DNA of 64,000 nucleotides. Origin: the human T2T-CHM13v2.0 reference genome, Homo sapiens. The notes under the pieces are model-generated. The model was not told the DNA's origin, did no database searches, and saw nothing but the letters and a program-made list of their open reading frames with translations. The DNA lies in the NCBI RefSeq assembly GCF_009914755.1, contig NC_060927.1, one strand, 5' to 3'. A program made the position numbers and the translations under genes. Positions 58,001 to 64,000 of this stretch are shown piece after piece (positions within the stretch are counted from its first letter, which is position 1; every line of letters starts with the position of its first letter).

Positions 58001-60828
58001 ATATCTCACTTTTAATAATATAACATTTGAAAAAAATCAATAAGGAAACAGGATCTGAACAACAGTATAGAACAAATTAATCTAACAGATCTATACAAAA
58101 CATTTCACCAAAGAGCAGCAGAATATACATTCTCCTCTTTTCCAATCACAATAGAATAAAACTAGAAATCAGTAGCTGAAGAAAAACTGGAAAATTTGCA
58201 AAATGTGACAACTAAACACACCTTGAACAACTAATGGGTCAAGGAAGAAATCAAAAGGAAAATTAGAAAGTCTCTTAAGACAAATGAAAACAAACAAACA
58301 AACAAAAAAACCCAAACAAAAAAACCCCAACATACCTGAACTTAGGGGATGCAGCAAAAGAGGTACTAAGAGAGAAGTTTATAGCAGTCAATGCCTATAT
58401 TTAAAAAGCAGGAAACTCTCAAATAATCAACCTAACTTTACGTCTCAAGAAGCTGAAAAAGAAGAACAAACTAAGGCCAAAGTTAGCAGAAAGAAGGAAA
58501 TAATAAAGATTAGAACAAAACTAAATGAAATAGAGAATAAAAATGTGACAAAAATGGACAAAAGTAAGAGTTTATTTTTTGAAAGTATAAACAAAATAGA
58601 CAAACCACTAGTAGATTAAAAAAAAAGAGGGAAGGCCCAAATAAATAAAATTAGAAATAAAACAGGAGACATTACAACTGATGGAACCAAACTATTAATA
58701 AAAAGATTGTAAAAAACTACTATGAGCAACTATACACCAATAAATTGGATTACCTGGAAGAGATAGATAAATTCTCAGAAACATACAACCTACCAAGGTT
58801 GAGTCATGAAGAAACAGAAAATCTGAACAGACCTATACCCAGTGGAGGGATTGAAATAGTAATCAAAAACTTCCTACCAAAGAAAAGCCTAGAACCAAAT
58901 GGCTTCAATAGTGAATTTGAACAAACATCCAAAAACGAATTAATGCCAATTCTTCTCAATCTCCTCTAAAGAATTGAGGAAGATGGAACACTTTCAATCT
59001 GATTTTATGAGGCCAGTGTTGCCTGATACCAAAGCCAGACAAAAATATCAGAAGAAAAGAAAACTACAGGCCAATATCCTTGATGACCATAGATGCAAAA
59101 ATCCTCAAGAAAATACTGACAAACCAAGTTCAACAACTTACTAAGAGGATCAGACACCCATGACCAGCTGCAATTTATCCCTGGAAGGCAAGTATGGTTC
59201 AACATATAAAAATCAATTAAGGTAATACACCACACTGACAGAATAAAAGATAAGAACCACATGATCTTAATAGATGCAAAAAAGCATTTGTTAAAATTCA
59301 ACATCCTTTTATGTTAAAAACTCTCAACAGACTAGAAATAGAGGGAAATTACCTTAACATGAAAAGCCATACATGAGATTATCATAGCTAACATTACACT
59401 CAATAGTGAAGAGCTTTTAAAAGTGTTTTCTTTAAGACCAGGAACAAGGCAAGGATGCCCACTCTCGCTACTTTTATTCAGCATAGTAGAGAAATCCTGG
59501 CCTGAGTAATTAGGCAGGAAAAAAAGGCATGTAGGTGAGAAAGAAAAAGTTAAAGTTATCCATGCTTGCAGATGGCATGATCTTATATATAGAAAACCCT
59601 AAAGACTCTACCAAAGAACTATTATAATTAATAAATGACTCAGTAATACAGCAGGATACAAAATCAACATACAAAAATTAGCTGTGTTTCTATATACTAA
59701 CAATGAGCTATTTGAAAGGAAATTAGGCAAACAATCCTGTTTACAATAGCATCAAAAATAATAAAATACTTAGGAATAGACTTAACTAAGGAGATGAAAG
59801 ACTAATATACTGAACTCTATAAACCACTGACAAAAAATTAAAGAATATAAACAAATGAGAAGATATTCCATGTTTGTGTTGGAACTTAATATTGTTAAAA
59901 TGTCTATATTACTCAAAGCAATGTAGAAACTCAATGCAATCCCTACCAAAAAACCCAATCACATCTTTTACAGAAAGAGAAGAAATAGTTCTAAGATTCA
60001 TATGGAATCACAAAAAACACCAAATAGCCAAAACAATTTTAAGAAGGAAGAGCAAAACTGGAGGCATCACATTTCCTGATTTTCAAAATACATTACAAGG
60101 CTATAGTAATTTAAACGATATAGTACTGGCATAAAGACAGACATATGGACAAATGGAACAGAATAGAGAGCCTAGAAGTAAACCCACATTTATATAATCA
60201 ACTAATCTTTAAGAAGGGCACCAAGAATAAACAATGGGGAAAGTATCATATTCTCAATAATTGGTGCTGGGAAAATTGCACATCCACATGCAAAAGAATG
60301 AAAGTGGACCCTTGCTCAAAATGGTTTAAGTGCTTAAACATAAGTCCTGAAACTGTAAAACTATCAGAAGAAAATATAGGGAAAAAACTTTATGATGTTA
60401 CTATTGGCAATGATTTCATGGATGTAATGCCAAAAGCATGGGCAACAAAACGAAAAACAGACAAGTGGAAATACATGAAACTAAAAAGCTTTTGTCCAGC
60501 AAAGGAAACAATCAATAGCATGAAAAGGTAACCTACAGAATAGAAGAAAATATTTGTAAACCATATATCAGATAAGAGGTTAATATCAGATAACAGGTTA
60601 ATTTTCAGAATATATAAGGAACTCATACAACTCAATGCATAGAAAAAGCAACAATTAATAACCAACTTTTAAAAATATGCTCTGGGGTTGAATAGATATT
60701 AGTCCAAAGAAGACATACAAATGGCCAACAGATATGTGATGAGATGCTCAACATCACTAGTCATCAGAAAAATGCACATCAAAATCACAGTGAGATATCA
60801 CTTCACATGTGTTAGAATGGCTATTGTA
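55088..60828 (+). mobile_element. Old near full-length L1M (L1MA/L1M2-type): 5' UTR, ORF1, most of ORF2; 3' end missing
   Basis: Starts caagatggtagaatag. ORF1 remnant at about 56130-57020 (gaaaacttcccaaatct, gcagcaagagaaaag). ORF2 remnant at about 57500-60828 (LNRPI, QGCPLS, ADGMI, WCWEN). No 3' UTR or poly-A. Confidence 0.88.
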
Positions 60829-61439
60829 ATGATCTTCTAATAGCATTCCAACACTTAGTAGCTTCCATCTACTATTTATTATTGTAGTTAACTCCTCCCT
60901 TCTTTATTTATAAAACAAATAATTGCCTTCTTACAGATTACAAGGCAGAAATATATTGTCTTAAATCAGCAAGTCTATAGTTCATGTAGGTAAAAAACTA
61001 TAATGAGGAAGGATTTTTAAATATCAGAAGATTTTAGAAAGAATAGTGAGTGCTGGGATACCAACTTGCTAAAAAACCAGAACAGATATGAAGATTGAGA
61101 TACTGACCAAAAAAAGCAATAAATAATACTTCTAAGAAGAACTGACTTATTCTTAGAATGTGAGCAGCAAGTTAAGAAGGCAGATTTTGGGAAATACCTT
61201 TAAAATCAAGTTTTATCGTAATTTCTAGAGCAAGACTAAAACCATGAATACCTTAAAGAACATATACACTCTACCAGTTAAAGGTAATGTTTTTTAAACC
61301 TTGATATATATATATCTAAATGTAAACAAAATATGATTCTAAAAACACAATATATGTAAAATTATATATATATAAGTATATATATATATAATTTTAAAAA
61401 TAGTAGGAAAGCAGGAAATCATTTATAAGTTACTTTTTG

Positions 61440-61753
61440 GGCTTTAGCCCATGCCTGTAACCCTAGCACTTTGGGAGGCCAGGGCAGGAGGATTGCTTGA
61501 GCCTAGGAGTTGGAGCCCAGCTTGGGCAACATAGTAAGACCCTGTTTCTACGAAAATAAACTAAACTAAACTTTAGCCAGGCATGGTGGTGTGTGCCTGT
61601 AGTTCCAGCTGCTCAGGAGGCTGAGGTAGGAGGATCCTCGAGCCCAAAAGTTGGAGGCTTCAGTGAGCTATGACTGTGCCACTGTACTCCTGTACTCCAG
61701 CCTGGGTGACAGAGGGAGACCCTGTCTCAAACAAACAAATAAACAAACAAACC
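61440..61753 (+). mobile_element. AluJ with (AAAC)n tail
   Basis: gcaggaggattgcttgagcctaggag...gaggcttcagtgagctatgact. Confidence 0.85.
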
Positions 61754-63326
61754 AAATGTGATTTCTTTATAGAAAAACACAGCCAAGGGATTCAAAATAT
61801 TTAATATTTGAAAGTGTATAATTTCTTGACTATTCAATATTTTTCCTGATTCCTTAGGCTCAGATAGAGGAACCAGCAATCAAGAATTATAAATATGCTA
61901 ATGTGTGTCTAGTTTTGAACCTAAGTCTAAAAAGCACTGAGGTGGTCTGAATTCTGAGATTCTCATTGGAACATTTTGTTCCAAACAGATTTTTTTTAAC
62001 GTTGCCTAGCTGAATTTTAACTTATAAATCATATAAAATTACATAAATTTTTCATTCGGATCAACTCCCATTTTTAAATTAGGAAATGTTTGTTTAGTGT
62101 GGGATCAACTAACAATTCTCATTTTACAAGACAGGTCACAGACACTTAAGAAACAAATTCAAGCACCTAATTAATTGTTGAGGAATAGTAGAGTTCACAT
62201 GTTTTTTATTTCCATTATTAAGAAATTTTCATTTTTGTTTAAGACATTACTAAAGCAACAGTATTCTTGATTATAAATATATCTGTTTAAAATACATTTT
62301 CTTTTGATTTATGAATTTTAACTTGTAGCAATGGGAGGCTTAAAATGTTTCTGTCTGTAGTTAGATGACTTCGTTACTCTTCTTTTGCTTCAAAGTCTCC
62401 ACAAATCTAAATTTGTTGTGACTTAGTATGAGGGCATTGGTAGGGTGTCATTTTTAGACAGTTTAAATTAATCATTATATAATTTGGTAGGGTATCATTT
62501 TTAGGGAGTTTAAATCTAAATTATAATATATCTAAATGTAAACAAAATATGATTCTATAAAACACAATTACAAATAAAGCTTGATATCAACAAAATATTT
62601 TTAGGAATATAAATATCAAGATCAGACTTTATTATGTATGTAAGAACTTTGTAGGTGCGAGTTCCTATTGCTCTTCCCTTTGTCTTTTTAACACTTTAGC
62701 TCTTCATGAATCATTTCTATCAGACTATCAGACTGGAGTAGTGAGGGAGTAGAGGTTAAAAAAAATAGATGGTCTTTTCTGTTATCTCCTTATTTTAAAG
62801 AAAGGGTTTTTATTTTTATTATATTATATATATATTTTTTGTCATTGTTGTTGTTGTTGTTTTTAAGAGCACTAAAATTGAGTCAGAAGGTATGACCTTG
62901 AGTTTAAAACGTATAATAATGCCAGCCTTGTAACTTGGGTGTTTGAGTCTTTCCCACTGATTATTGTGTCTTTTGGATATGGTGAGAGGAAGGAGAGAAG
63001 TAAGTGTTGCTGAATTAGAGCTTGAATTTGAAATGGAAGCAAATCCAACTCCTATTAATTGGGGAAAGTTGAGAGTCAAATTGGGAAGACCAGACACCTA
63101 AACCAACTCTCAGGTGAGGTGTCTGGTAAAGGACAGGCTCATAAATGAAAAAACAGAGCAAGAATCAAATTTTAAGAAGGGTCAGAAAAGACCAGTCTAA
63201 GAGAGGGCAGAGAGGGAAAGAGCAGTTGAGGACAGCCAGCTTGGAGGGATTATGGCTTATATGATCAGACTTTGGTTGTTTTTGAATGCATTTTATGCTG
63301 TATTTTCTTAAAGAATGGATTATGTC

Positions 63327-64000
63327 AGGAGTGTGCTAGAGTTGGCTCAAACTGGCTCATGCAATTTTTAGAAATCTTGCAAACTGATTATTAAAAATAA
63401 ATTATATAAACTTAAACTGAATTATATGAAAAACAAAGGCAATAAATACTCAAAACTCATCACTCCCAATTATTCTAATATATTTTGTTATTACTCATGT
63501 TCTTGAGATTATTTCCATCTATTGTATCTGTATGTTGAAAATACTATATAATATTGTGTTGCTGCACATCACGAGTCCTAATTTGTCGCATTTTCTGACT
63601 TGCATGCTATAAATACTCCCACCATGGCTGATTTAAAGCTAGCACTGTGACATCATTGAATGCAGACTTGGGAAGAGATGCACAGGAAATTGTATATTTG
63701 AAAACTATTGTGTAATTCAATAAAAAATTACTCATTGACAAGTGAGTTTAGCATATACCTTAGTTATTTAATTTTTATCTTACTCATTAGTATATATAAA
63801 TGTTAACCAACATTTATATTGTCAGTTGTAACTACAGGTTGGCAATGGTTATAAGATTTTTGTAAAAATCAACCAAAGTATTCTGTGAGAATCAGGTAGT
63901 TGTATGGAAATTACAATACAAAGTAATATCTATGTTAATATCTATGTTAATATTATTTGTAAATTATGTGCTACACATTCTTTATATCAGTAAAGGTCAT
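63327..64000. mobile_element. MER63-like hAT-Blackjack element (runs off the window)
   Basis: gtgtgctagagttggctcaaactggctc...aaaacaaaggcaataaatactcaaaactcatcact. Confidence 0.6.

Overview
Human-type (primate) genomic DNA, AT-rich and repeat-dense. The only intact protein-coding sequence I can support is the terminal coding exon of GPR149 on the minus strand (3957-4529), with a probable 3' UTR to about 1200. The remaining ~59 kb appears to be its long last intron. The intron holds: (1) a near full-length DDX50 processed pseudogene carrying an unexpected 470-bp L2/MIR-containing insert at the exon1/exon2 junction; (2) a nested LTR stack (L2 > MST/MLT1A MaLR > MER61/LTR9-like, MER4D-like and HERV30-like insertions), whose HERV30-like provirus has a tRNA-Arg PBS and a reconstructable ~293-codon pre-gag ORF; (3) several L1s, including a young L1PA with a fold-back junction and an old near full-length L1M with 5' monomers; (4) about 13 Alus, including an inverted-duplicated Alu, plus DNA transposon fossils. 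Gene and repeat subfamily names come from recalled sequences, not database searches.
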